From the IMG/VR virus record IMGVR_UViG_3300028840_001821: a DNA stretch of 64,000 nucleotides; one strand, written 5' to 3'. Under the pieces are notes generated by a model. It searched no databases. It saw only the letters and a list, made by a program, of their open reading frames with translations, and was not told the DNA's origin. The position numbers were made by a program, and so were the translations under genes. Source of the stretch: a virus. Taxonomy: Duplodnaviria > Heunggongvirae > Uroviricota > Caudoviricetes. Positions 1-10,127 of the stretch are shown here, in pieces (the stretch's first letter is position 1; every line of letters starts with the position of its first letter).

Positions 1-28
1 GCGACAGCTTGGTAGTAGGAGTCAATCA

Positions 29-2812
29 ATGATGGGTGTTGTAGGAGTAAGCGGATCTGGCGTCAACTCGGCGATCTATTTCCCGAGCGGACAGGTTACC
101 GAAGGTCTGCCCGGATCAGACCTAGATGCCGTACTACAGGGCTTTTCGTCCACCTTTGGATTTAACGATTCGCCTCACCAGTTCAACCTGACATTCGTGT
201 CCCAGGGCGAGCGTGCCGATCTACACGGTGCATCTGGACAGACTCCGAATATCAATACTGAATTGTCTATGACGATTGGTTCATTCTTCCTTCGTGGCTT
301 TGTCACTCACTCCGAGTACAGCGTTGGTCAGGGTGGCGTCACTGTTGAGATTACGATGGAGGACCGTCGCAGGACGCTTCGTCGTGTGAAGATCACCACA
401 GACGACCTTGGCGCTAGTAGACCAAGTGGTATTGTTTCCATTCCGGCGGAACTCCGGGACCTATATACTTTCCAGGTAACCCAAGAAAGAGATCCTATTA
501 CCTGGGAGTATCGTAAGATCTTGGAGCGCGGTGCTACCTACGCAGAGATCTATACGGCTCTGCAAAATGCCTATGATAATGACAGAATCAACATAGATCC
601 ATCGAAGCTACCAAGCCCGGCAGTCATTGCGGGTAACATGGGTGGTGCTGATGCGGCAGCGGTCCGTTTCCAGTTTGACTTCGACACGCTTGATTCCGTT
701 GTGAATCAGGTGATGCAGGATTCGGCGTATGACTGGTACTGGAATATGTCGCAGGATGAGGTCAACGTCGTCAACCGCAAGGTGCCGTTCGAGATCGATG
801 AGAATGCTTTGTTCGACTCCTTGGGCGATAGCAACTATACTACGCTACGTTTTGGTAAGGACGCAGTGCAAGAACCCTCCCGTGTACGCCTTCTTGGTGC
901 GCGGACACAGGGATTCTGGAACTCACGACTACTCAGCCCCATCGATGGCGTAGACCTGCCGTCGAGCGGCATTGTCTTTACTCCGGCATGGCATGGTATT
1001 ACTGTGCAGTTCGTTGATGCTGCCGGTCAGCTACGTTCCTACATCCCAAGTGACCGAGAGCTACAGATGGCGTTGGCGGGAATTGAGCAGTGGACGTACT
1101 TCAAGATCTATCAGACAGCGGCTTCGGGCGCGACTCCGCCGGGGTTCGAGATGGACGGGGATGCGGGTTCGATCGCGGCGCAGCATCCGGAGTTCCAGAG
1201 TCGTCTAGATCCGACCGAGCCTCTGTCAGAGCTACTAGCTAATCCGTCTGGCAACTTGCGCGTTATCAACAACCGCCGAGATGCGACGGATAACTGGGTA
1301 ATCAACTTCCATAATCGTGTGAATGATCACGCACAGCGTCACTTTGGTCGTTCGTATGTTGCGTCTGGGCTTCTATATAATCAGGCATCTGGTTATTTAC
1401 GGGTAGTTGGCGCAGCCTGGGCGAATGTCGAAAACCAAGTCGAAGGACACGCCTTAAGTCAGAGTGGCTCGAATGGTCCGTTTATCCAGGGGTATGAGAT
1501 CAACAAGACCTTGGGTCCTGTGAGTCCCTTTATCCAGCAGGACTTCCGCGTGGCGGCGCACTGCGTATTGCCGTCAAGCACAATCTATGGTCCAGAGGGT
1601 GAGGATGTCCCTGCGTCATTCGGCAACTGGAGCGAGGATGTGCCGCCGTTCAGTACTTCTGGAACCAGGGAACACTATGTGCCCGTGCAGCTTCGTGAGG
1701 TTGGGCAGCAAATTCGAGATCCTCGTGATTCTTCCGACGAATATGGATTTCAGTTGTTCCCGGATGGCACAGTATGGTGCCAGTTCCCTGCTATTGTTGG
1801 ACAGAGTAAGGGCAGTGGAACGGTTCTAGATACACTAGCGACCATGATTGAAAGTATCAACAACGCGAATACATCGGGCGAGTTTGATCTCTATAGTCCG
1901 AACATCTTAGTCAACGTATACTCCGAGATCAGCGGTGTTGCTATTCCGACTGAAACAAATGATCGCTATGGAGATGGATTCCCGGACGTGTGGGTGTCTG
2001 GCACGCTACACCCGGTGCTGGGTGAGCAGTTCGTGTCTGACGAACAATTTGCTCCGTGGAACTTCTATCCGGCTGGTAACCAGAATGGCGTGCGTATCAT
2101 GGATATTCGCGCCAAGCGTCGCCTACGTGGTCTATTCATCGATGCCCTCAACTCACGCTATGCTGAGATTCGACAGCCCGGCTTCCCGGCATTGGACTTC
2201 GACAGCTTTGCGAGCCAGGATGCGAATAGTAGCGGCTTATATGGCGTGCGTGACAATGGTATCGCCTCGATGTCGTTCTCATTTGGTACCGGGGGGATTA
2301 TCACCACATACCGTATCAACGACTTCTATGCGGCATATACCAAGATCCCGCCGCTGGGCGATAGGGAGTTCCCGGCATTCCAGGGTGGTATTAACCCAAT
2401 TGACTTCGACATCTTCGATTTCAACGTGGGACCAGTGAGGAGTATTGGACTCACGCCGCCGCAGACGCAGTATTACACAGAGCCGGAATCATTTTCTAAG
2501 AAGGTTGAGATCACCACGGTGAACAACCTACTCAATGTAGAGTTGGGTGGCGCGTCCGTGGAGCCGGAGAGATATTTCGGTCAGACGAATAACGGCGTGA
2601 CGTATCCTAACAAGAACCGCCGCAATGATGGACGCCTGATGTCCGATGGTACTGAGTGTATCGACGGCTTTTTGAATGAGGGCGACCCGGCGGTGTTCAA
2701 CTACCAGGAGGAAGGAAGGGGCACTGGCACCTCCGTAACATTCTATTACTTCACGGGGGGTCATGCACTCAATGCTCGTGTAGTAGAGGTTATCTCGGAG
2801 GAGGAGGTATAA
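29..2812 (+). CDS. Large putative virion structural protein (tail/baseplate-associated?), 927 aa
   Basis: Long ORF with RBS-like AGGAG upstream; G/S/T/N/D-rich composition with no enzyme motifs; heads a run of similar ORFs. Structural role is inferred from composition and context. Confidence 0.5.
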   Translation: MMGVVGVSGSGVNSAIYFPSGQVTEGLPGSDLDAVLQGFSSTFGFNDSPHQFNLTFVSQGERADLHGASGQTPNINTELSMTIGSFFLRGFVTHSEYSVGQGGVTVEITMEDRRRTLRRVKITTDDLGASRPSGIVSIPAELRDLYTFQVTQERDPITWEYRKILERGATYAEIYTALQNAYDNDRINIDPSKLPSPAVIAGNMGGADAAAVRFQFDFDTLDSVVNQVMQDSAYDWYWNMSQDEVNVVNRKVPFEIDENALFDSLGDSNYTTLRFGKDAVQEPSRVRLLGARTQGFWNSRLLSPIDGVDLPSSGIVFTPAWHGITVQFVDAAGQLRSYIPSDRELQMALAGIEQWTYFKIYQTAASGATPPGFEMDGDAGSIAAQHPEFQSRLDPTEPLSELLANPSGNLRVINNRRDATDNWVINFHNRVNDHAQRHFGRSYVASGLLYNQASGYLRVVGAAWANVENQVEGHALSQSGSNGPFIQGYEINKTLGPVSPFIQQDFRVAAHCVLPSSTIYGPEGEDVPASFGNWSEDVPPFSTSGTREHYVPVQLREVGQQIRDPRDSSDEYGFQLFPDGTVWCQFPAIVGQSKGSGTVLDTLATMIESINNANTSGEFDLYSPNILVNVYSEISGVAIPTETNDRYGDGFPDVWVSGTLHPVLGEQFVSDEQFAPWNFYPAGNQNGVRIMDIRAKRRLRGLFIDALNSRYAEIRQPGFPALDFDSFASQDANSSGLYGVRDNGIASMSFSFGTGGIITTYRINDFYAAYTKIPPLGDREFPAFQGGINPIDFDIFDFNVGPVRSIGLTPPQTQYYTEPESFSKKVEITTVNNLLNVELGGASVEPERYFGQTNNGVTYPNKNRRNDGRLMSDGTECIDGFLNEGDPAVFNYQEEGRGTGTSVTFYYFTGGHALNARVVEVISEEEV

Positions 2813-3301
2813 ATGGCTAAGCGATATACGGTCCAGCTAGTTGACGAAGCGAAGACTAGCGGCGCAAGACGACAGATCAGCAACGTACCTCCCCTCAACG
2901 ATGGAGACGTCGTTGACGTCGGTAAGCGTGTCACTATTCTAACAGAGAACCCTCAGCTTACTCAGACGATCGGCGCAGATTTTCAACTCTCCAGCGGTTC
3001 GATGTTCATTCAGTCTACGACCCCCACCTCGATTGTGCGACCGGTCGAGATTATGGCTGTCTCAGATCAGGGAACGTCCGGTGCGCTCGTAACCGTACAG
3101 GAGTGTAACAACGAGGGGGTTGTTAGCCCAAGCGGTACGACATTCACAAGCGTAGTCCCGCGCCCGTGGCGTCATCTGGCGACAGTGGGTATGCGTGGCA
3201 TGTATTATTCCGCCTCAGTGCCGTCCGGCATGTCAGGAACTAGGGTTACGGTTTCATTCGTCGAATTACCGATTCACGGATTTGGAAGATTTGCCACATG
3301 A
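2813..3301 (+). CDS. Hypothetical, putative virion protein, 162 aa
   Basis: Abuts the upstream stop, GAGGAGG RBS; S/T/V/G-rich. Confidence 0.5.
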   Translation: MAKRYTVQLVDEAKTSGARRQISNVPPLNDGDVVDVGKRVTILTENPQLTQTIGADFQLSSGSMFIQSTTPTSIVRPVEIMAVSDQGTSGALVTVQECNNEGVVSPSGTTFTSVVPRPWRHLATVGMRGMYYSASVPSGMSGTRVTVSFVELPIHGFGRFAT

Positions 3302-5529
3302 GTGTAGCAAGCGGTGTTCTACCGTACCAATATATAGATATCCCATTTACTTTTCTCGGTAGGTTCGGCAATCCCAGCGTAGGTTGGTCAGATCAAGCTC
3401 AGCCAATCCCCGAGATCAGTGGATTTCTATATGAGCAGGCTATGTATGTTCACCTAGCCGAGATCCGTAAATATGGAATAGAGTCCGACCCGACCTTCTA
3501 CAACTACCGTTCGGCGATCCCAACAGAGGTTGCCAAGCAGGAGGTAGCCGACCCGGACCCGAGCGGTGCGTTTGTATCGGCGAGTGGCAATCCCTACTGC
3601 CTCAACTATATCGAGGATCTGCGGAACTCTATGGACCAGATCTTCACCTCGGTAGCGTGGGACACGGACTCGACCCAGCACATAGCGAGAACGGACTATC
3701 TAAGGACATCCTTCAGTCCGCTACCAAGCGGCGCAAGTGGAGACTACCAATACCGCCTCCCAGAGAAGGTGCTCGATTTCGGGTCGATCTTCGGAGACAA
3801 CGCTGTCAGCGCCAGTGGAATTATCGGCGCATCGGGATATATGGACACCCAAACGATCAGGGAAATCAGCTACCAGCCGTACGCCCGCTTCTCCAGGCGT
3901 GGAGAGCGGTTCGCATTCAATGTAACCTATGAGACAGCCCCCGTATTTCCGGCGCTAATTACGCCTGGGGGCGATTCCTACACGGCGGGTCCCGACGTAG
4001 GGGATATGAACGCGTTTAACTACGGGGAGCTGGGAGCCCCTCAGTCGTCCGGTTTCAGCCCGGCGGTCCTGGCTTCTGGCGTTATGAGGCTCTGTGGAGA
4101 TGGCTTCAGTGAGACCACTCAGCTACGCATTATAAGTGAAGAGAACGATCCTTTGACGGCTGTGGCGGCGGGCGAACGCTGGATCGGGGATTGGGCAGAC
4201 CGTAACACCCAGATCCCAGCGGCGTCAGGACACCCGCGTACGGTGGGTATGGCGTTCATGAATTTTGTTGCACAAAGTCCAGAATTACTGCACGGAGTCC
4301 ACAGAATTATCGTATCTGATAGTAACACAGGCTACGGACCGAGCGGCGTGCTCAGCGTCTATCCGAACAGCGAGGACGACTATCACGTAACCGGTTGGTT
4401 GAGCGGCATTGTCGCCATGAACGAGGATGACACATATTCTATTGTTCGCAATAGTACATCTGGTGAGCCGCAGGAATCATACGCACTGGTTGATAACGGC
4501 TACTCAGTAACACCACAGAGATCTAAAGGTATTCACATCTGTGATGAACTATTTGGTGGTCGCAACAGCAGCGGTGTTCTGAATATTTCGCCGTTCAATG
4601 GCGCGGCATTACTTCTCAGCCCGGTGAGGAATGATAACCTTGGTGGCACCGGGGCTCAGACGTCGGCATACTTTACGACGCAGCCGCCCCCGGGCATCAC
4701 CTACGTTTGGCGTCAGTCATATGATACCCCGTCGCTGTATTGGCGAAATGCTGGTGAGATGATCCAAGAGGAGGGTTCGAGTACTGCGTTTGCATTCGTT
4801 AAGAACCAGTGGTCGTTCCGCTCGTATAGTTCACAGCAGCTACCGCCAGCACCGGACCCGTCAACAGACACGGGCGCGACGGCTGGTCTAGGTCAGACGA
4901 CAGAGTATCACTTCCTGAAGGTGAACCTGAATACGCGGGCAGTTGAGCGGAGCCAGGTGGGTTTCAACCACATCGGCAATCACGGCAGCTACGCCATTAA
5001 TGGTATTGCCTGGAGTAGAAACTACGGCTGGTTTGGCGTGGGAGGTAGAAGCCTTGACAGCCATCAGTTCGAGGCATTCAGGATCGTTGGAGACCCGGAC
5101 GGCGGAACATTCTATGAGAGTTCTGCGGGCGGCACCGAGATCGTTCAGCCGATCGGCATCGGTAGTAAGTCGTTCGCTCGCCGGGCGGTTGACGTGGCGG
5201 CTGGCGTGTTCTCATTCTGGGAGTTGCGCCTAGGCACGTCCCACAACTTCAACCTTGTGTTGCTGAATCAGTATACGGTTACGGGCGATTCAAATATCAT
5301 CCCGTTCGACGTAGCAGATATCAACAACTTCATCGGTCACACGATGTTTGTCGGCTCTAACGATGAAGGTATCACCGAGGGTGACTGGCTGGTTGTCGGT
5401 CTTGATGACGGACGCCGGTTCTTGTGCCGTGCGGAACTAGATACTGGCTCGTTTGAGATTCAACTTGTAGAGTGCTTGTACCAGATTCTACAATCTAGTG
5501 CATCACCAGAAGTTTTTATGAATGTATGA
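3298..5529 (+). CDS. Putative virion structural protein, 743 aa
   Basis: ATGA overlap with upstream gene; beta-strand-like, S/G-rich, many xSG motifs. Confidence 0.5.
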   Translation: MSVASGVLPYQYIDIPFTFLGRFGNPSVGWSDQAQPIPEISGFLYEQAMYVHLAEIRKYGIESDPTFYNYRSAIPTEVAKQEVADPDPSGAFVSASGNPYCLNYIEDLRNSMDQIFTSVAWDTDSTQHIARTDYLRTSFSPLPSGASGDYQYRLPEKVLDFGSIFGDNAVSASGIIGASGYMDTQTIREISYQPYARFSRRGERFAFNVTYETAPVFPALITPGGDSYTAGPDVGDMNAFNYGELGAPQSSGFSPAVLASGVMRLCGDGFSETTQLRIISEENDPLTAVAAGERWIGDWADRNTQIPAASGHPRTVGMAFMNFVAQSPELLHGVHRIIVSDSNTGYGPSGVLSVYPNSEDDYHVTGWLSGIVAMNEDDTYSIVRNSTSGEPQESYALVDNGYSVTPQRSKGIHICDELFGGRNSSGVLNISPFNGAALLLSPVRNDNLGGTGAQTSAYFTTQPPPGITYVWRQSYDTPSLYWRNAGEMIQEEGSSTAFAFVKNQWSFRSYSSQQLPPAPDPSTDTGATAGLGQTTEYHFLKVNLNTRAVERSQVGFNHIGNHGSYAINGIAWSRNYGWFGVGGRSLDSHQFEAFRIVGDPDGGTFYESSAGGTEIVQPIGIGSKSFARRAVDVAAGVFSFWELRLGTSHNFNLVLLNQYTVTGDSNIIPFDVADINNFIGHTMFVGSNDEGITEGDWLVVGLDDGRRFLCRAELDTGSFEIQLVECLYQILQSSASPEVFMNV

Positions 5530-5544
5530 GAGGAGGTGTAATTC

Positions 5545-6138
5545 ATGAGTATTACATTCCATTTGCCTAGCGGTTGCCCTGAAGGCTTTACTGAGGTCAG
5601 CGGGCTGATTGCCGGTAACACCGCCGATCCATCCTTCTTAGGATTCTTCGGTGCGGGTGGACCGGGTAATAGCGTGTCTGTTGGCTCCTACCAGGACACC
5701 ACGTATCGGGTTGATTCGGCTGGTACCGACAAGGGTACTGGTATCAACTTCAAGTACATCGATGCTAACACGGTATCGATCGACGGAGGCGGAAACGCGT
5801 CTCTACCGGTGGCTGTTGGTAGCGGTAGCCTCGTAGTTCGGTTGACTGCTGGTAGTTCTGTTCAGACGCAGAACGGTCTGTTCTACGCGGTTGCTCTAAC
5901 TGCGGCGTCTGGTGTGACTCTCGGCGAGGCTCCGGACAATATGACCACGCAGGTTGCAGAGGTTGACCAAGATAGTGCGTTCTCTGATCTTTCGAGTGAC
6001 GGATCGAACTCCATGAGTGTGGCTAACCACACCACAACCGCTGCTATCCACGATTGGCATATCGGTGTCTCCATTAAGCCGTTGACAACCGGTGTCAAGA
6101 ACAGTTGGGGTTTCCACTTCAGTGTGGAATACTTCTAA
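5545..6138 (+). CDS. Putative virion structural protein, 197 aa
   Basis: GAGGAGG RBS; small-residue-rich, ends in an aromatic motif (FSVEYF). Confidence 0.5.
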   Translation: MSITFHLPSGCPEGFTEVSGLIAGNTADPSFLGFFGAGGPGNSVSVGSYQDTTYRVDSAGTDKGTGINFKYIDANTVSIDGGGNASLPVAVGSGSLVVRLTAGSSVQTQNGLFYAVALTAASGVTLGEAPDNMTTQVAEVDQDSAFSDLSSDGSNSMSVANHTTTAAIHDWHIGVSIKPLTTGVKNSWGFHFSVEYF

Positions 6139-6228
6139 GAAGCTCGTTGATAGAGCTGTGGTTCTGATGAGATGTTCTCGTCGGATACATGTTTCGTTCA
6201 TAGGGTTGATTATTTAGGAATCAGCGAC

Positions 6229-6633
6229 ATGAATTGTGAGAAACTTGCCTTTTCGGTCGATAAGACCGTCCCACCTTGTAGATGGATCGCATCTCTTTCT
6301 GACGGTAGAACCGTGTTCGAGAACAACGTTCCCGAGGTTCGACTAGCCTGGATGCGACTCAAAGCTTACCTTGCCGATAAAGACGTTCAGATCACACGCC
6401 TGCGCCTTCAGTGCGGCGAGGAGATCTTCAACGTTCCTACCGCGAATGCTTACTTCATCTTGAAGAAGATTCATCGCGGCGTTATCAACATGGATCTCAC
6501 TGGAGTTGGGTTGTTCGACGAAGAAACTTCGTCCGCGACCATCTTCTGGTTTGATATGAGCGGCAACCTTAAGGGACAAGAGCCGCGCCCCATGAGTAAG
6601 GATCATGACGCTCTGATTTTTGTGAAAAAATAG
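6229..6633 (+). CDS. Hypothetical protein
   Basis: ORF track 6172..6633; ATG at 6229 follows AGGA and is the likelier start. Confidence 0.55.
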   Translation: MNCEKLAFSVDKTVPPCRWIASLSDGRTVFENNVPEVRLAWMRLKAYLADKDVQITRLRLQCGEEIFNVPTANAYFILKKIHRGVINMDLTGVGLFDEETSSATIFWFDMSGNLKGQEPRPMSKDHDALIFVKK

Positions 6634-6643
6634 CAGAAATCAC

Positions 6644-6680
6644 GAAATAACTTTCGATCAGATGCCATAATTACTATAGG
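6644..6680 (+). promoter_or_regulatory. Promoter-like motif copy 1 (GAAA-N16-GCCATAAT-N3-TATAG)
   Basis: GAAA 6644-6647 and GCCATAAT 6664-6671; same spacing at 17437 and 46940; all three lie at gene boundaries. Confidence 0.6.
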
Positions 6681-7100
6681 ATGAAGAAGTACCAAAGCAT
6701 AAGTACGCCCTCGGTCCAGCACAGCACAGAACAGGCGGTGGTTGAGGTCTACATGCTGCAAAAGCATGGGTCTCTGCCTCGCTTCCCGTGGCGCAAAGCC
6801 AGTGGTTTTGCCAAAGAATGGGGCACGTCGCTGTCGCTGGTTCGCAGACTGGTGAAAACAAGAGATGCGTCAGCCACCGAGATACTCGATCTCGTTCTCA
6901 GGCAAGGTCTAACTTTAGCTTGGAACAAGATCGGGTTAATCTATTGGCACATCGACAACTCCTACTTCGAGGATCTGGATCTCGAACGTAAGCTGCTGGA
7001 GCTACAGGAGTTGCATACTGATGCCGAGGTTAAACCACGAGAAAAAGTCAACATCAATAAGCTCTTAAGGAAGAAAGATCATGGCGAAGAGGAAGAATAA
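6681..7100 (+). CDS. Hypothetical protein, 139 aa
   Basis: ORF directly after motif copy 1; overlaps the recA start by 20 nt. Confidence 0.55.
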   Translation: MKKYQSISTPSVQHSTEQAVVEVYMLQKHGSLPRFPWRKASGFAKEWGTSLSLVRRLVKTRDASATEILDLVLRQGLTLAWNKIGLIYWHIDNSYFEDLDLERKLLELQELHTDAEVKPREKVNINKLLRKKDHGEEEE

Positions 7101-8229
7101 GGACACCGCAGCCCAGGCACAGCTTGACGTATACAAGATCTTTGTGGCAGAAGCCAAGAAGATCGACTCCGCCAAGATCCGCCCGATGAATACGGTGATT
7201 GATCCCGACCCGAACTTTACAGGGTCAGCCGGGCTGGACATCCAGCTACACATCCCGTTTGCCGACGGCGGAATGCACGAAGTATATGGTGAAGCCTCAT
7301 CCGGCAAGACCACCCTCGCCCTATCCGTGGCGGGAATCGCCCAGCGTGCAGGCAAGCACGTCGCCTACGCCAATATGGAGGGGAGCATCAACCGCTCGCT
7401 GGTTGAATCGATCCCGACGATCGACCTGGAAGCCGAAGATGAGTTCGGCAACAAGACCTTCCATATGATTGAGGCGGATACCGGCGAAGACTGTCTGGAT
7501 GCCGTCAAGGCATTTGCCAAGATCCCCAACTCAGTCTGCGTTGTGGACTCGATCGACAGCCTCGTCCCGGAGGCGGTGGCTGGCGGTCCGCTCAGCAAGC
7601 AGCACATGGCGAAGCTGGCGAAGCTAATGAGTGCGGCGTGCCGTGATCTCAAGGATATCCTACGTAAGAACCGGTCCACGATCGTCTTCATCAACCAGAT
7701 CCGCAAGAACCCGGGTGTGATGTTCGGGGACAACACGGCGCTGCCGGGCGGTATGGCGATGGGGTTCTATGCCGTCCAGCGCATCCAGTTGGGTGAGATC
7801 TACAAGAAGAACTACATCACCGAGGATGACGGTCGCGTGGTGGGGCAGTGGGTGGACTTCTTCGTCAAGAAGAACAAGTGCGCCGCGCCCTACGTGAAGG
7901 GTCGCTTCCCTATCCGCTTTGGTTACGGGGTCTGGTCCTCGCTCGACGCGCTGACAACTTGCATCCAGTTTGGCATCATCGAGGCAAGGGACCGTGGGCG
8001 TATCGTCATGCCGGAGGCTATGGCTAAGTTTGACCCTCCGTTCAAGTGTGATGGTGAGACCAGCGTGTTTCAGAGCCAAGTAGTAACATGGCTGGACGAC
8101 AATCCGGAAGCCGTTTCTGTGCTATACGAAGAATTGAAGGGCACACTATATGGGAACTACGTTCAAGAACCTGGACGGGACGGAGACGAAGATGGATCTC
8201 CTGCCGTCCAAGTACAGACTCAAGAGTAA
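7081..8229 (+). CDS. recA: RecA/UvsX-like recombinase
   Basis: Walker A YGEASSGKTT, Walker B VVDSIDSL, IVFINQIR, PGGMAMGFYA, KKNKCAAPY. Confidence 0.93.
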   Translation: MAKRKNKDTAAQAQLDVYKIFVAEAKKIDSAKIRPMNTVIDPDPNFTGSAGLDIQLHIPFADGGMHEVYGEASSGKTTLALSVAGIAQRAGKHVAYANMEGSINRSLVESIPTIDLEAEDEFGNKTFHMIEADTGEDCLDAVKAFAKIPNSVCVVDSIDSLVPEAVAGGPLSKQHMAKLAKLMSAACRDLKDILRKNRSTIVFINQIRKNPGVMFGDNTALPGGMAMGFYAVQRIQLGEIYKKNYITEDDGRVVGQWVDFFVKKNKCAAPYVKGRFPIRFGYGVWSSLDALTTCIQFGIIEARDRGRIVMPEAMAKFDPPFKCDGETSVFQSQVVTWLDDNPEAVSVLYEELKGTLYGNYVQEPGRDGDEDGSPAVQVQTQE

Positions 8230-8569
8230 AGAGGAATGTAAATCTAACGCGCAGTTTCGGTTTGGTCAGCGGCTCAAGGAAATCTTTCCTCACAGCAAGA
8301 TCCTGGAGGAGTTTGGACTGCCGAACACGGGTGCGTTAGCACTGGATTTCTGGCTACCTGATGAGGGTTTTGCTTTTGAGGTTCAGGGTGCGCAGCATTC
8401 CAAGTTCGTTAAACACTATCACGGCACGCAGGCTGGGTTTCGCAAGCAGAAGATGAATGACTCCAGAAAGCGGCGCTGGTGTGAGATCAACAACATCAAG
8501 TTGATGTGTGTAAAAGATACCGACGTAGACTCGGTAGATATTGTGGGGCTACTCAATGACGAAGAGTGA
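8150..8569 (+). CDS. PD-(D/E)XK endonuclease (Vsr/DUF559-like)
   Basis: LDFWLP...AFEVQGAQH...ND..KRRWCE.NNIKL pattern. Confidence 0.7.
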   Translation: MGTTFKNLDGTETKMDLLPSKYRLKSKEECKSNAQFRFGQRLKEIFPHSKILEEFGLPNTGALALDFWLPDEGFAFEVQGAQHSKFVKHYHGTQAGFRKQKMNDSRKRRWCEINNIKLMCVKDTDVDSVDIVGLLNDEE

Positions 8570-10127
8570 TAACCGTCACACGAATCCTGTGGCGGAGATG
8601 ATGCTCCTGGCGATCTTGTATAATCAGCCAGCCGAGTACTCTTTGATCGAGAACCTGCTGGGCGAGGAGGATTTTACCGATCCCCTTCACAGTATGATGT
8701 TCAGGATCTTTCATCACCTATATGAAAAGGATATCGACTCGATCGACCGCGAGCACGTGTTTGCAGCCGTAGACGAGTTAGGTATTGACGAGCAGAAGTT
8801 CATCGAGGTCACAGATGGTGGCTTGTCTGTTGACCAGATTATCTACTACGACGCGAAGCACGAGGATATCCTCAAGTGGCTACGTATCGTTAAGGGTGAA
8901 TCATACAAGCGTACGGCGATTGACGAGTTCCGTCGCCTGTATTCCTATGTGAATACAACCAAGGACGACGTAGAAGAAGTAATCGAGAAGGTCGAGGGCA
9001 CTGTAGTTCGGCTGGGTGAGGCGACAACGAATACGCGGCAGATGGGTGAACGCATCTTCATGAAGACGAAAGAAGTCATTGAAGAGTTGGCGGTTAATCC
9101 CCTGACTGGCGTGGATGTCGGCTTCCCGATCTGGCAGAAGGCGGTCGGGCAGTTGCGCAATCGCAGCGTCCACTTCTTCGTAGGCTACACCGGCACAGGG
9201 AAGAGCCAGATTGGTTTACGTGCCGCGATGAAGGCTGCGCGAAAGATGCCGGTGATCTATCTTGATACAGAAATGGACGCCGAGATCGCTACCGTGCGTG
9301 GGTTCTGTATTGTCCACGACATCCCATACGACTACATCGACTATGGGTGGTGGAGTAAGAGTCGTGCCGCCCTCGCCAACATGGGGATGGATGGACCGCT
9401 GATCGATGACGTCATGCGGTGCAAGGCGATCTACGAGAACGAGGCAAACTGGAAGTTGTTCTATAAGGTCTATGGTAAGAACTTCATCTACCTGGACATT
9501 CGCGGAACACCACTGTCTCAGTCGCTCAAGCATGTTCGTCGTCTGATTATGACGTCTGTGAAGGATCGTGACCCGAACTCTCGTGAGCCGCAATGCTTCC
9601 TTGTAGTGGACCAGATCAAACTACAGGACCCGGGGGAGTTGGCTGCGGTCAACCTTCAGGAGTTTCAGTATCTCGGCGTGGAGATGAGCAAGCTACACGA
9701 CTTCGCACACGATATGAATATCCCGGTCCTTGCCCTGGGTCAGACGAATGCCGGTGGAGAGGTTGAGGGCGCGAAGCGCCTGAAGAACACGGCGACCTCG
9801 GTGACGATCATGGTGAGAAAGAACATCGAGGATTTTCGTGAAGACCCACAGGGCAACTACAAATTCATTCTAAGTAAATCAAGACGCGGCGGTCTGCGCG
9901 AGGGCACATACGTCAACTATGAGTTCAACGCAGAGCGTGGCAGAATCCAAGAATTAGGTGTTGGAGGCAGAATCCAGAATGGTCAGCAGGGAACAACTAA
10001 CGGACCTGGGCAGCAAGCACCTACCCAAGATCCTCCGGGCGCTGGAGATACCGGACCTGGAGGAGACGCATCAGGGGATGGCGGGACCGTGCCCGATGCC
10101 GAGCCACCCGGGGGATCGGACGAATGA
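8556..10127 (+). CDS. dnaB: DnaB-like replicative helicase
   Basis: N-terminal AEMMLLAIL DnaB-N-like region; Walker A GYTGTGKS; YLDTEM; VVDQIKL; LALGQTN; KSRRG. Start placed at ATG 8556. Confidence 0.88.
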   Translation: MTKSDNRHTNPVAEMMLLAILYNQPAEYSLIENLLGEEDFTDPLHSMMFRIFHHLYEKDIDSIDREHVFAAVDELGIDEQKFIEVTDGGLSVDQIIYYDAKHEDILKWLRIVKGESYKRTAIDEFRRLYSYVNTTKDDVEEVIEKVEGTVVRLGEATTNTRQMGERIFMKTKEVIEELAVNPLTGVDVGFPIWQKAVGQLRNRSVHFFVGYTGTGKSQIGLRAAMKAARKMPVIYLDTEMDAEIATVRGFCIVHDIPYDYIDYGWWSKSRAALANMGMDGPLIDDVMRCKAIYENEANWKLFYKVYGKNFIYLDIRGTPLSQSLKHVRRLIMTSVKDRDPNSREPQCFLVVDQIKLQDPGELAAVNLQEFQYLGVEMSKLHDFAHDMNIPVLALGQTNAGGEVEGAKRLKNTATSVTIMVRKNIEDFREDPQGNYKFILSKSRRGGLREGTYVNYEFNAERGRIQELGVGGRIQNGQQGTTNGPGQQAPTQDPPGAGDTGPGGDASGDGGTVPDAEPPGGSDE

